The notes: a model not told the origin generated them from the letters alone. A DNA stretch of 64,000 bases from an uncultured Gammaproteobacteria bacterium (GCA_963766195.1 CAVXYY010000018.1:81753-145752), one strand, 5' to 3'; counted from the first letter of the stretch, positions 36,873-44,736 are shown. Program-made: numbers and translations.

Positions 36873-37493
36873 ATGAAGAAAGGGCTGATGGCTTTGGCTT
36901 TTGGAACGCTTGCAATTGTGGCTGAAAGACTTCCTGCAATTGAGGAAGCAGAGTACCTGGTCGTTCAGAAATCCGGGGATATCGAGCTGCGTGATTACTC
37001 GCCATCCATCGTGGCTGAAACGCTGGTCAAGGATGATTTTGAAGACGCCGGCAGCAAGGCGTTCAAAAAATTGTTCAAGTACATCTCAGGTGCAAACACG
37101 GCGCAGGACAAAATTGCGATGACCTCGCCGGTGGCACAGGAAAAACGCCCGGAAAAAATCGCAATGACCTCACCTGTCGGCCAGCGGGCGGCAACAGAGG
37201 GTTGGGCGGTGAGTTTCATGATGCCAGCGAGCTACACAATGGACACGATCCCCAGCCCAACAGACCCGCAGGTTGTGATCCGTGAAATTCCGGCCTATCG
37301 CGCGGCTGTTATTCAGTACTCGGGTCGCTGGACCGAAAAAAATTTCCAGGAACACCTCGCGCTTCTCCAGGACTGGATGGTGAAAAGTGAGATACGGGCA
37401 GCCGGAGAGCCGGTATGGGCCCGATACGATCCACCCTTCAAGCCTTGGTTCATGCGGCGCAACGAAATCCTGATTCCCGTTCAACAGCAGTGA
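36873..37493 (+). CDS. SOUL/HEBP-family haem-binding-like protein (exported)
   Basis: Signal peptide. YEVR-like start (EYLVVQKSGDIELRDY), FKKLFKYISGAN and a duplicated KIAMTSPV motif, with the C-terminal NEILIPV typical of SOUL proteins. Confidence 0.8.
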   Translation: MKKGLMALAFGTLAIVAERLPAIEEAEYLVVQKSGDIELRDYSPSIVAETLVKDDFEDAGSKAFKKLFKYISGANTAQDKIAMTSPVAQEKRPEKIAMTSPVGQRAATEGWAVSFMMPASYTMDTIPSPTDPQVVIREIPAYRAAVIQYSGRWTEKNFQEHLALLQDWMVKSEIRAAGEPVWARYDPPFKPWFMRRNEILIPVQQQ

Positions 37494-37532
37494 GACTCTG
37501 AAGCAGGCGCCGGCCTTGGTGGAGCGCCTGTA

Positions 37533-37553
37533 GGAGCGGCCCATGGCCGCGAT
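37533..37553 (+). repeat. REP-like element
   Basis: CCTGTA-GGAGCGGCCCATGGCCGCGAT lies 40 nt after the SOUL-gene stop and is identical to the units at 15720 and 17535. Confidence 0.7.
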
Positions 37554-37781
37554 TGAGAACTCCAAACCCGGTAAGAAACCGGGTGTCTGTCGGCGGGACA
37601 AGCGCGAGACTCCCTGGCCGCTTTTCAGCTGTTCCGGACAGCTAAAAGTCCCGACAACGGCCCCCGGTCAGTCACCTGTTCTTGTTGCCGCCGGTCAACA
37701 TTGCGCTCTATTTACAATATAGCGGACTTGTGACAATCTACTCGCGCGTTGGGCCCTGCGGCCCGGTCGAGGTTATCGGCG

Positions 37782-38033
37782 ATGCAAATCAAATTGGCGG
37801 TTTCCGTTCGCGGGCATCGGTTTTTTGGTGCCTTGGCGGGAATGCTTGCCTTGTTTTCCCTGGTCCCCTCACCCATTTTTGCCTCCGCAAAATCACCGGC
37901 TGACACCGTCCATCTGGTTCCCCCAAAAGCCAGACATCTCAGCGCTTCCCGGGGTATGTTCGAAACCGAATTTGAATACTCGTACGGCGCTGATTTGGCC
38001 GCCGGTAATTTCACCCCCGAGTTCCCCCACTGA
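37782..38033 (+). CDS. Possible 83-aa exported protein, or the N-terminal remnant of an outer-membrane protein
   Basis: ATG 9 nt after GAGG. Signal-peptide-like FFGALAGMLALFSLVPSPIFASA, ending in ...FETEFEYSYGADLAAGNFTPEFPH. There is no family match, and an antisense ORF of similar size exists. Confidence 0.25.
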   Translation: MQIKLAVSVRGHRFFGALAGMLALFSLVPSPIFASAKSPADTVHLVPPKARHLSASRGMFETEFEYSYGADLAAGNFTPEFPH

Positions 38034-38190
38034 TTGAACGCTGAATTTCTCGTCGCTGCCAGGCAGACGGCGTTACACCCATCCCGGCGACGACAGATCG
38101 AAACCGCGCCTTGTTCGGCGCGCCACCCTGACGGAACACCGCGTTTGCGTTCCGATCGAGGCCACCCCCTGACCGCTTGAGGATAAGTTC

Positions 38191-38853
38191 ATGAAGTTTC
38201 ATACGTTTGGCCAGACTACCCTGTTCACGATTTGCCTGACCCTGATCGGCCTTGCACCTCACCCGGCGCAAGCGCAGCCCGCTTCATCAGTTGCCTACTC
38301 GGCGGACTTCGTATTCGAAACTGCTGACATGGCGCAAACCGGCCGGATCTACGTGTCTGCGGGGAAGGAGCGGCGGGAGGCCCTGATGGAGGGAATCACC
38401 ATGATCACCATCCGCCGCGAGGACCTGGGCAAGACCTGGATGCTCATGCCCGATGAACAGATGTACATGGAATTCGGTCACGGCCAGAAAAACCCCTCCG
38501 GCATGACGGCCGACAACCCTGCCGATTATGACGTGCAGATGACTGAGGTGGGCCCCGAAGTACTGGACGGCCTGGAAACCATCAAGCAAAAAGTCATCAT
38601 GACCGCCAAGGACGGCAGCAAGATGGGTGGTTTCTGGTGGACGACCCCCGAGGGAATCACGATCAAGATGGATATGCTCGCCGTTGATGAAGGGGAAAAG
38701 ATGCGCCTCAAACAAGTGTTGAGCAACGTGGTGATTGGCGAACCCGAACCCGCCCTGTTCGAGATCCCGGCCGGCTACGAAAACATGATGATGGGCATGG
38801 GTATGGGCATGGGTATGGCGATGCAGATGCCCGGCCTGCCGAAGCGCAACTGA
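38191..38853 (+). CDS. Exported protein of unknown function with a C-terminal Met/Gly-rich tail
   Basis: Signal peptide (LFTICLTLIGLAPHPAQA). A beta-rich body, possibly LolA/DUF4412-like, which is a guess. Tail MMMGMGMGMGMAMQMPG. Confidence 0.7.
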   Translation: MKFHTFGQTTLFTICLTLIGLAPHPAQAQPASSVAYSADFVFETADMAQTGRIYVSAGKERREALMEGITMITIRREDLGKTWMLMPDEQMYMEFGHGQKNPSGMTADNPADYDVQMTEVGPEVLDGLETIKQKVIMTAKDGSKMGGFWWTTPEGITIKMDMLAVDEGEKMRLKQVLSNVVIGEPEPALFEIPAGYENMMMGMGMGMGMAMQMPGLPKRN

Positions 38854-38862
38854 GGCGGTAGC

Positions 38863-39762
38863 GTGATGCACAAGATGAGATTACCCCTGGCGCTCGGCCT
38901 GGCGCTGCTGGCCGCGACCCCGTTGTGGGCCGATGATGTTTGTTCACCTGAAGAACGCCGCGCTGGCGATGCCGCGTTGTCGCGCGCCCAGGCGGCTGAA
39001 AACTCGGGTGACCTGGTAACCGCGTTGAAACTGGCGAACAGTTACGAAGTAAAGGGCTGCGGCGATCAAAAGACCTCAGAAGCCCTGGTGCGGCGTGTCA
39101 ACGAGAAACTGGGCCGGAAGGCCGAGGCGGATGGTGACCTGAAAGCGGCATTCAACTACTTCAATGCGGGCGGCTTTCCCGATGACGCGCGCCGGGTCGG
39201 CCTCAAGCAGCTGGCCGCTGCGCCCGGAAATTTCCAGCTTTCTTCCGACCTGATGTCGTTCATGCAGGAAAACGGCTTTGCTGAAGGTGTTGCGGCAGTG
39301 CGTGAGAACGCGCGGCAGCAGGCTCAGGAGCTCTTGTCCGAGGAAGAGCGCACTTTTGCAGTACGGAATCCGCAAAAGGATCTGCTGGAGAAAGCGCAAA
39401 AATGGCTGCAGCTGGCCGGCGAGCCGGTGGCGCCGGTCGAAGCACGGGCCTTGCAGCGCGCGGATGGCTACCTGGCGCTGGACTACGCGTTTGCCTTGCA
39501 GCAGGCGATGGAGTACTACGAGCTTGCCGGTCGTGCAGACAAAATCGAAGCAGTGCGTGCCAAGGCGCGCCGGCTGGCCGATCAACTGGCCGGGGGTGAA
39601 AACTGGGCGGCCGCAGTCGAGCTGTACCAGATCGCGGGCGATTCGGAGCGGGCAGACGAATTGGTTGTCCGGCGCGAAGCCAGCGCGGCTGAAACGGAAG
39701 CAGCGCGCAAGGAGGAGTTCCAGAAGGAACAGGACGACCTGGAAAAGGAACTCGATTTTTAG
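38863..39762 (+). CDS. Exported alpha-helical repeat protein of unknown function
   Basis: Signal peptide (LPLALGLALLAATPLWA). Three x-Y-x-x-AG repeat motifs (FNYFNAGG, MEYYELAGR, VELYQIAGD) and an acidic coiled-coil C-terminus. The start is GTG 38863 or ATG 38866. Confidence 0.7.
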   Translation: MMHKMRLPLALGLALLAATPLWADDVCSPEERRAGDAALSRAQAAENSGDLVTALKLANSYEVKGCGDQKTSEALVRRVNEKLGRKAEADGDLKAAFNYFNAGGFPDDARRVGLKQLAAAPGNFQLSSDLMSFMQENGFAEGVAAVRENARQQAQELLSEEERTFAVRNPQKDLLEKAQKWLQLAGEPVAPVEARALQRADGYLALDYAFALQQAMEYYELAGRADKIEAVRAKARRLADQLAGGENWAAAVELYQIAGDSERADELVVRREASAAETEAARKEEFQKEQDDLEKELDF

Positions 39763-39873
39763 GCAAAGCACCGCCGTGTATTCCCCCGATTGCCCGGCGA
39801 ACACCGAGCATGAAAAAGCCAACCTGGCTTCGAGCCGGCGTTTTGGCAATTGTTGTAACCCGAGGATTTCAAA

Positions 39874-40530
39874 ATGAATTTCAGACTTTATGTTCCGAAC
39901 CGTTTCAGCCCAGCTATCGTGCTGCTGGCCGCCATCACCCTTCTGCCGTTGCAGGCTGCCGCAGACGACAAGGTGCCAGCCTCATTAGCTGCCCTGTTGC
40001 CCGCAGGGGCTGAGCTCACGTCCCAATCCTGGGGTGTTGACGAAGATGAAGAATTCGGAGACAGCTTCAATGGGGGCATGTACGCGGACTTTCCCGGCAA
40101 ATATCCATCCTGTTCCTGGAGCCTGTACAAGTCGAGGATAACGGTCGAAATCCAAGGCCGAAAGTTGGATAAAAACACATTTTGGCTGGAGAATGCCGCT
40201 GAAACCTATGAATCCGATTACGAAGCTTCTGGCCAATCGATGGCCGAAGACCTGGCCAGGTCATACAAAAACAATGACACTTTGAAGTCCATGGGCGCCG
40301 TGCAGGAAGAGCAGTTTCTCAGCGGCCGTATTGCCTATATCGAATGGACTGAAGACTGCGACCGACATCCCAACGGCACGAAAGCCAAGCTCAAGGGGAG
40401 CGCCCTCCGAGACGCCACCATCCTGACTTTTAACCTGGAGCTGAGCGCAACAGCTGCCGAGGCGCGCACGATGGCGCTCGAGATTCTCAGCAAGTTCGAG
40501 CAACTGGATATCAACGCGCTCTTCGAGTAA
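39874..40530 (+). CDS. Exported protein of unknown function
   Basis: Signal peptide (AIVLLAAITLLPLQAAA), 218 aa, no recognisable motif. Same strand and codon usage as its neighbours. Confidence 0.65.
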   Translation: MNFRLYVPNRFSPAIVLLAAITLLPLQAAADDKVPASLAALLPAGAELTSQSWGVDEDEEFGDSFNGGMYADFPGKYPSCSWSLYKSRITVEIQGRKLDKNTFWLENAAETYESDYEASGQSMAEDLARSYKNNDTLKSMGAVQEEQFLSGRIAYIEWTEDCDRHPNGTKAKLKGSALRDATILTFNLELSATAAEARTMALEILSKFEQLDINALFE

Positions 40531-40583
40531 CTACCGCCCGGCAAACGACCGCGATTCCCTTTGCCACATTGGACTGGTGCACC

Positions 40584-42725
40584 ATGAATAGCAAAATCAT
40601 AGCTGGCCCAAAACTGTTATCCGGCCTGGCATTAACCCTGGTGCTCACCGCCGGCTCTGCGACGGGAGCTGCAGACGAGACAGGAACGTTTTCCGGCACG
40701 GTGAAATTCAGCTCCACTCCCAGGACGGGCGAGGAGGGGATGGGGTTCACCATCACCGACGGCACTGCCACCGTGACCTGGACCCTGGTGGAAGAGTTAC
40801 CGGATGTGCGCACCTACACCGCCAGCGGCACCATCAGCGGCGGGCTGGCCCCGGAAATTGAATACGGTAACTGCAAGCCGGTGCCGGTAACGGGCGCGAT
40901 TGCCTCCGGGGACAAGCTCGTCGTTTACACCGAGCGAGCCAACTGGAATCCGGCCACTTACGCTTTCGCTCTCATGCTGGCCGATAACAACACCCCACTG
41001 ACCACCACTTGCACAGACGAAGATGGCGACGAATTTCCGGTAACTTTCCCGAACACCCTCATGGTATCTGTGGGCCACAATTGCCTGCCTGACCTGACAC
41101 CCAGGCCCGTTCCGTTCACTGATCCGGAAGTCCTGGAAGGCACCTTTGACTGCCCCGGCAACAATTTTTTTACCGGCATCAGTGCAAAGTGGAGCTTCAC
41201 CGGAAAGCTCGGGGATGTGATTCTCGAAATCACCCCCTCCGGGGGCTATAAAAAGTGGCGCCCGAGTGCCGATAGGGACGGCGGCGATGGTGAACCGGTG
41301 GAATTCACCGCCACGCTCAAGACCAAGGATGGTGGCGTGCCGGAACAGCGCATCAAGGAGCTGGAATGGGAGTTGATGGAAACTTCCGCCGAGCCGGGCT
41401 TCACCATCAACTGGCCCCAGGTACCCGATAAAAACGAGCCTGATTTGTATTTCAAAGACCAGCCTGCAACCACTCCAGGTGCGGTCCGCAGGGCGGTAGG
41501 CGAAACGGGACAGAAGGTTATCGTCACGTACTCTGACGACGGCAAGCTGAGCGACAGCATCGCCGTCCATCCGCGTGACTGGGGTGGCTGGAGCACACTG
41601 CAGGTGACTGCCGTGCTGAACGATGACCGGCGGGTCAGCGGCCGCCTGGCCGGTGCCTCGGAAGACGGGGTGCGCCTGCCCGACCGCGACCCGGGGCGCT
41701 ACATCGCGCGCTCCTGGCTCAGCGATAAGGGGATCAGCGATGGTGACCGTTCCGACCTGGAAGACCAGCCGAAGGGGGATTCGAACAAGGGGGATGGCCT
41801 GACCCTGTACGAGGAATACCGCGGCTTCTATGTCAACGGTGAACGGGTCGAGGGCGATCCCAAGCTCAAGGAGATGTTCATCGTGAACGAAGGCGAGGAA
41901 CCCGGTTCAGCCGGGACAGCGAACGGCGTCGCCGGGATCGCGCTTTTCCAGAAGCTCACCGGCCTGAAGGTGCACGGAACCTTCAAACGCGAGGAGATGG
42001 ACGCAGACCGGGTGGTGAACCACAACGCCAGCGCCAGAACCCCCCGGCTCGGGCCACAGCACGCGGTGCTGATCAAGGTCGATCCGGAGCTGGCGGGGCA
42101 AGCCAATGCGTTTACGCCCGATGATCGCCCGAAAACACCCGGCGGCGTCAAGTACGTGGGCCTGCCCATAGACATCCTCTCGCGTCCAACCATGAACCCT
42201 GGGGTCAGCTACGCCGCCATCACGGTGGCTCACGAACTGCTGCACGCGGTTAACGTTTACCACCATGGAGAGGGCGATGAGGTGGTGTCCTGGTCGCACG
42301 ACGCCGAAGGCAGATTGTTCGAGCAGAACACAGAAGAGCAGAAGGATGGCACCTATAAACTGGTCGGTAAACGTATTGAGATCCGAGCATTCCTGGAATC
42401 CGGCCAAGACGTCACCGCCAATGCCGATCCCGGTCTCCGCTTTCTCGGCCAGCGGCGTGGTCAGCACTCCGGGCATGAAAACTGCGTGATGCGCTACGAC
42501 CTTGCCCGTGCCTCGGTTTCAATCGCAAACCCCACCAGTTACCGCTATGTCTTCGGGGACACCAAGGATATGCAGGGCACCGGTCTGGACGATACTGCTC
42601 AAGGCACCGATTTCAATAAATTGGAAAGGGAACCACAATCGCGCTATGGGATGGCTGCACGGGGCCGGGGTAATTGCAAGGGCCAGATACTGGTCAACGA
42701 CATGGTTCCACCACCCGCGCGTTAA
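40584..42725 (+). CDS. Exported 713-aa protein with a C-terminal metzincin-like zinc-protease signature
   Basis: ATG at 40584 gives the signal peptide MNSKIIAGPKLLSGLALTLVLTAGSATGA. The N-terminal half is Cys-containing and beta-rich. HELLHAVNVYH lies at nt 42231-42263 and CVMRY at nt 42483-42497. Confidence 0.75.
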   Translation: MNSKIIAGPKLLSGLALTLVLTAGSATGAADETGTFSGTVKFSSTPRTGEEGMGFTITDGTATVTWTLVEELPDVRTYTASGTISGGLAPEIEYGNCKPVPVTGAIASGDKLVVYTERANWNPATYAFALMLADNNTPLTTTCTDEDGDEFPVTFPNTLMVSVGHNCLPDLTPRPVPFTDPEVLEGTFDCPGNNFFTGISAKWSFTGKLGDVILEITPSGGYKKWRPSADRDGGDGEPVEFTATLKTKDGGVPEQRIKELEWELMETSAEPGFTINWPQVPDKNEPDLYFKDQPATTPGAVRRAVGETGQKVIVTYSDDGKLSDSIAVHPRDWGGWSTLQVTAVLNDDRRVSGRLAGASEDGVRLPDRDPGRYIARSWLSDKGISDGDRSDLEDQPKGDSNKGDGLTLYEEYRGFYVNGERVEGDPKLKEMFIVNEGEEPGSAGTANGVAGIALFQKLTGLKVHGTFKREEMDADRVVNHNASARTPRLGPQHAVLIKVDPELAGQANAFTPDDRPKTPGGVKYVGLPIDILSRPTMNPGVSYAAITVAHELLHAVNVYHHGEGDEVVSWSHDAEGRLFEQNTEEQKDGTYKLVGKRIEIRAFLESGQDVTANADPGLRFLGQRRGQHSGHENCVMRYDLARASVSIANPTSYRYVFGDTKDMQGTGLDDTAQGTDFNKLEREPQSRYGMAARGRGNCKGQILVNDMVPPPAR

Positions 42726-42745
42726 TATCACAGGAGACCCTATCC

Positions 42746-43621
42746 ATGCTGCGACGTTACCTGGCCCAGATGCAGATTCCGCTGATCGTTTTGCTGCTGT
42801 TGGCAGCCTGCGGTGATGAACAGGCGCCCGTGGTCGTGACGACACCCGGGGCCGCCCCGTCTCCCGCTGCCGAAACTGCCGTAGCAGCAGACTTGGCAGA
42901 CACGCCCAACGCGCCATTCAGCCTGACCGTCTACGCCACTCTGGGCGCGGAACCCGTCATTCACCGGGGTGAGCCGTTGCTGGTCGAAGCGCTGCTGATC
43001 CTGACCGGGGACGAACCCACCCGGATCGCCCTGGCGGACGGCGCGCCGTGGACCCGCGCACTGTCGTTGACGCTCACGGACGGCAATGGAAAAGCGGTGG
43101 CGGCCGCATGGTCCGGCCTGGAGCAGGCCGGAACCGATCTGGAGTTCAGCGCTGACGCCATCGAAATCCGGGCTGTCGCGGCCTTGTCGCCCGGGGCGCT
43201 TGATGCCCTTGCGCCGGGTGACTACCGCCTGACTGCCGTCTTCGATACCCGGGACAGCGCCGCCACTGGCGCCTGGGCGGGTCGTCTGTCCGCCCCTGGC
43301 GCGCCAATCACGATCAGCGGCTCTGCGCGGGGAAGTAGCGAAGACGAGCAGATTTTCAGCCGGCGCTTGCTGGCCCGCTGGCAACAGCTGGACAACCAGC
43401 CGCAGGCCGCACTCGAAACACTGGACGCCGCGCTGCAACTATCGCCCGGGGATATCGGCACGATGTCGGACAAGGCGGAGGTGCTGGTCGAACTGCAGCG
43501 CAATGACGAGGCCATTGAACTGCTGCAGCAAGCCATCGCACAGTATGGTCAGCGCTACCCGAACGACAACCACCCGCCCCGCGAGTTGATTCATCGCCTG
43601 AATGAATTAAGCCCGTACTGA
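42746..43621 (+). CDS. Lipoprotein with C-terminal TPR-like repeats, function unknown
   Basis: AGGAG lies 9 nt before the ATG at 42746. Lipobox LLLLAAC. The C-terminal helical repeats read ...ALETLDAALQLSPGDIGTMSDKAEVLVELQRNDEAIELLQQAI. Confidence 0.7.
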   Translation: MLRRYLAQMQIPLIVLLLLAACGDEQAPVVVTTPGAAPSPAAETAVAADLADTPNAPFSLTVYATLGAEPVIHRGEPLLVEALLILTGDEPTRIALADGAPWTRALSLTLTDGNGKAVAAAWSGLEQAGTDLEFSADAIEIRAVAALSPGALDALAPGDYRLTAVFDTRDSAATGAWAGRLSAPGAPITISGSARGSSEDEQIFSRRLLARWQQLDNQPQAALETLDAALQLSPGDIGTMSDKAEVLVELQRNDEAIELLQQAIAQYGQRYPNDNHPPRELIHRLNELSPY

Positions 43622-43715
43622 ACGCCGGTAGGGACGTACCCGTTAAACTTGTGACCTGGCGCGCAATTTCTTAAGCGCGGATTACGTTCATGCCACAATC
43701 GAAATGCGAACCGGA

Positions 43716-43741
43716 ATCGCGGATAAATCCGCTCCTACAGG
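43716..43741 (-). repeat. REP-like element, loop variant
   Basis: The minus strand reads CCTGTAGGAGCGGATTTATCCGCGAT. The flanks match the other copies (CCTGTAGGAGCGG...CCGCGAT) but the central loop differs. It sits directly after the yqjG stop. Confidence 0.6.
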
Positions 43742-43743
43742 GG

Positions 43744-44715
43744 TCAACCCCGTCCGTGAGGCGCCCACAGGTCCAGCTTCGGGCCGGCCGGCACCACGCC
43801 GGTGGGGTTGATCATCGTATGGCTCACATAGTAGTGGTGCTTTATATGCTTCATGTCGATGGTTTCCGCCACGCCCTCGTGCTGGTAGAGGTCGCGGGTA
43901 TAGGCCCACAGGTTGGGGTAGTCTGAGAGCCGGCGGATGTTGCACTTGAAATGCCCTACGTAAACGGGATCGAAACGGATCAGTGTCGTGAACAAACGCC
44001 AGTCAGCTTCCGTCAGGCGGTCGCCAAACAGGTAACGTTTCGACGCGAGTCGGTGCTCCAGCCAGTCCAGGGTTTCAAACAGCGGTTCCACTGCTTCTTC
44101 GTAGGCCTCCTGGGACGTTGCGAAACCGGCCTTGTAAACGCCGTTGTTCACACAGCTGTAAATGCGTGAATTGATTTCATCGATCTGGTGGTGCAGGTCT
44201 TGCGGGTAGTAATCCCCCGGGGTTGCGCCGATGTCGTCGAATGCGCTGTTGAACATGCGGATGATTTCCGATGACTCGTTGGAAACAACCGTTCCTTCCT
44301 GTTTGTCCCACAAAACCGGAACGGTCACCCTGCCTGAATAGTCGGCATCCGCATGGGTATATACCTGGTGCATATATTGGGCGTTGAACAACGGGTCCGG
44401 AATCACGCCGTCGCCGTGCTGGAACGTCCAGCCGTGTTCGGCCATGTGCCAATGCACTACCGACAGGCTGATCATTTCCTCCAGGCCTTTGAGGTGGCGG
44501 AAGATCAGCGTCCGGTTAGCCCACGGGCAAGCCAGTGATACATAGAGGTGGTAGCGGTTCGGCTCTGCCTTGAAGCCGCCCCGGCCGCTGGGGCCGGGGC
44601 TGCCATCAGCAGTAACCCAGTTGCGAAACTTCGCGGCGCTGCGTACAAAGTGGCCCTTGTGGCCCTCGGTGTCATACCACTGGTCGACCCATTGGCCTTT
44701 AATCAAAAGTCCCAT
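43744..44715 (-). CDS. yqjG: Glutathionyl-hydroquinone reductase (Xi-class GST, YqjG/ECM4-like)
   Basis: RYHLYVSLACPWANRTLI carries the CPWA active site. Length 323 aa, with the C-terminal GST fold FDPVYVGHFKCN. Confidence 0.9.
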   Translation of the reverse strand: MGLLIKGQWVDQWYDTEGHKGHFVRSAAKFRNWVTADGSPGPSGRGGFKAEPNRYHLYVSLACPWANRTLIFRHLKGLEEMISLSVVHWHMAEHGWTFQHGDGVIPDPLFNAQYMHQVYTHADADYSGRVTVPVLWDKQEGTVVSNESSEIIRMFNSAFDDIGATPGDYYPQDLHHQIDEINSRIYSCVNNGVYKAGFATSQEAYEEAVEPLFETLDWLEHRLASKRYLFGDRLTEADWRLFTTLIRFDPVYVGHFKCNIRRLSDYPNLWAYTRDLYQHEGVAETIDMKHIKHHYYVSHTMINPTGVVPAGPKLDLWAPHGRG

Positions 44716-44736
44716 TTGATAGCTCCTCTGCTGTTT

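Noticed and set aside
37110-37178. Internal duplication KIAMTSPV...KIAMTSPV in the SOUL gene as a tandem-repeat anomaly
   Set aside because: A doubled IAMT-x-PV motif is, as far as I recall, a normal feature of SOUL/HEBP-family proteins and does not indicate recent slippage.
38287-39849. Minus-strand ORFs of 194, 257 and 183 aa overlapping the exported-protein genes
   Set aside because: These are shadow frames with Arg/Pro/Gly-rich sequences. The plus-strand genes have signal peptides, RBSs and consistent spacing.
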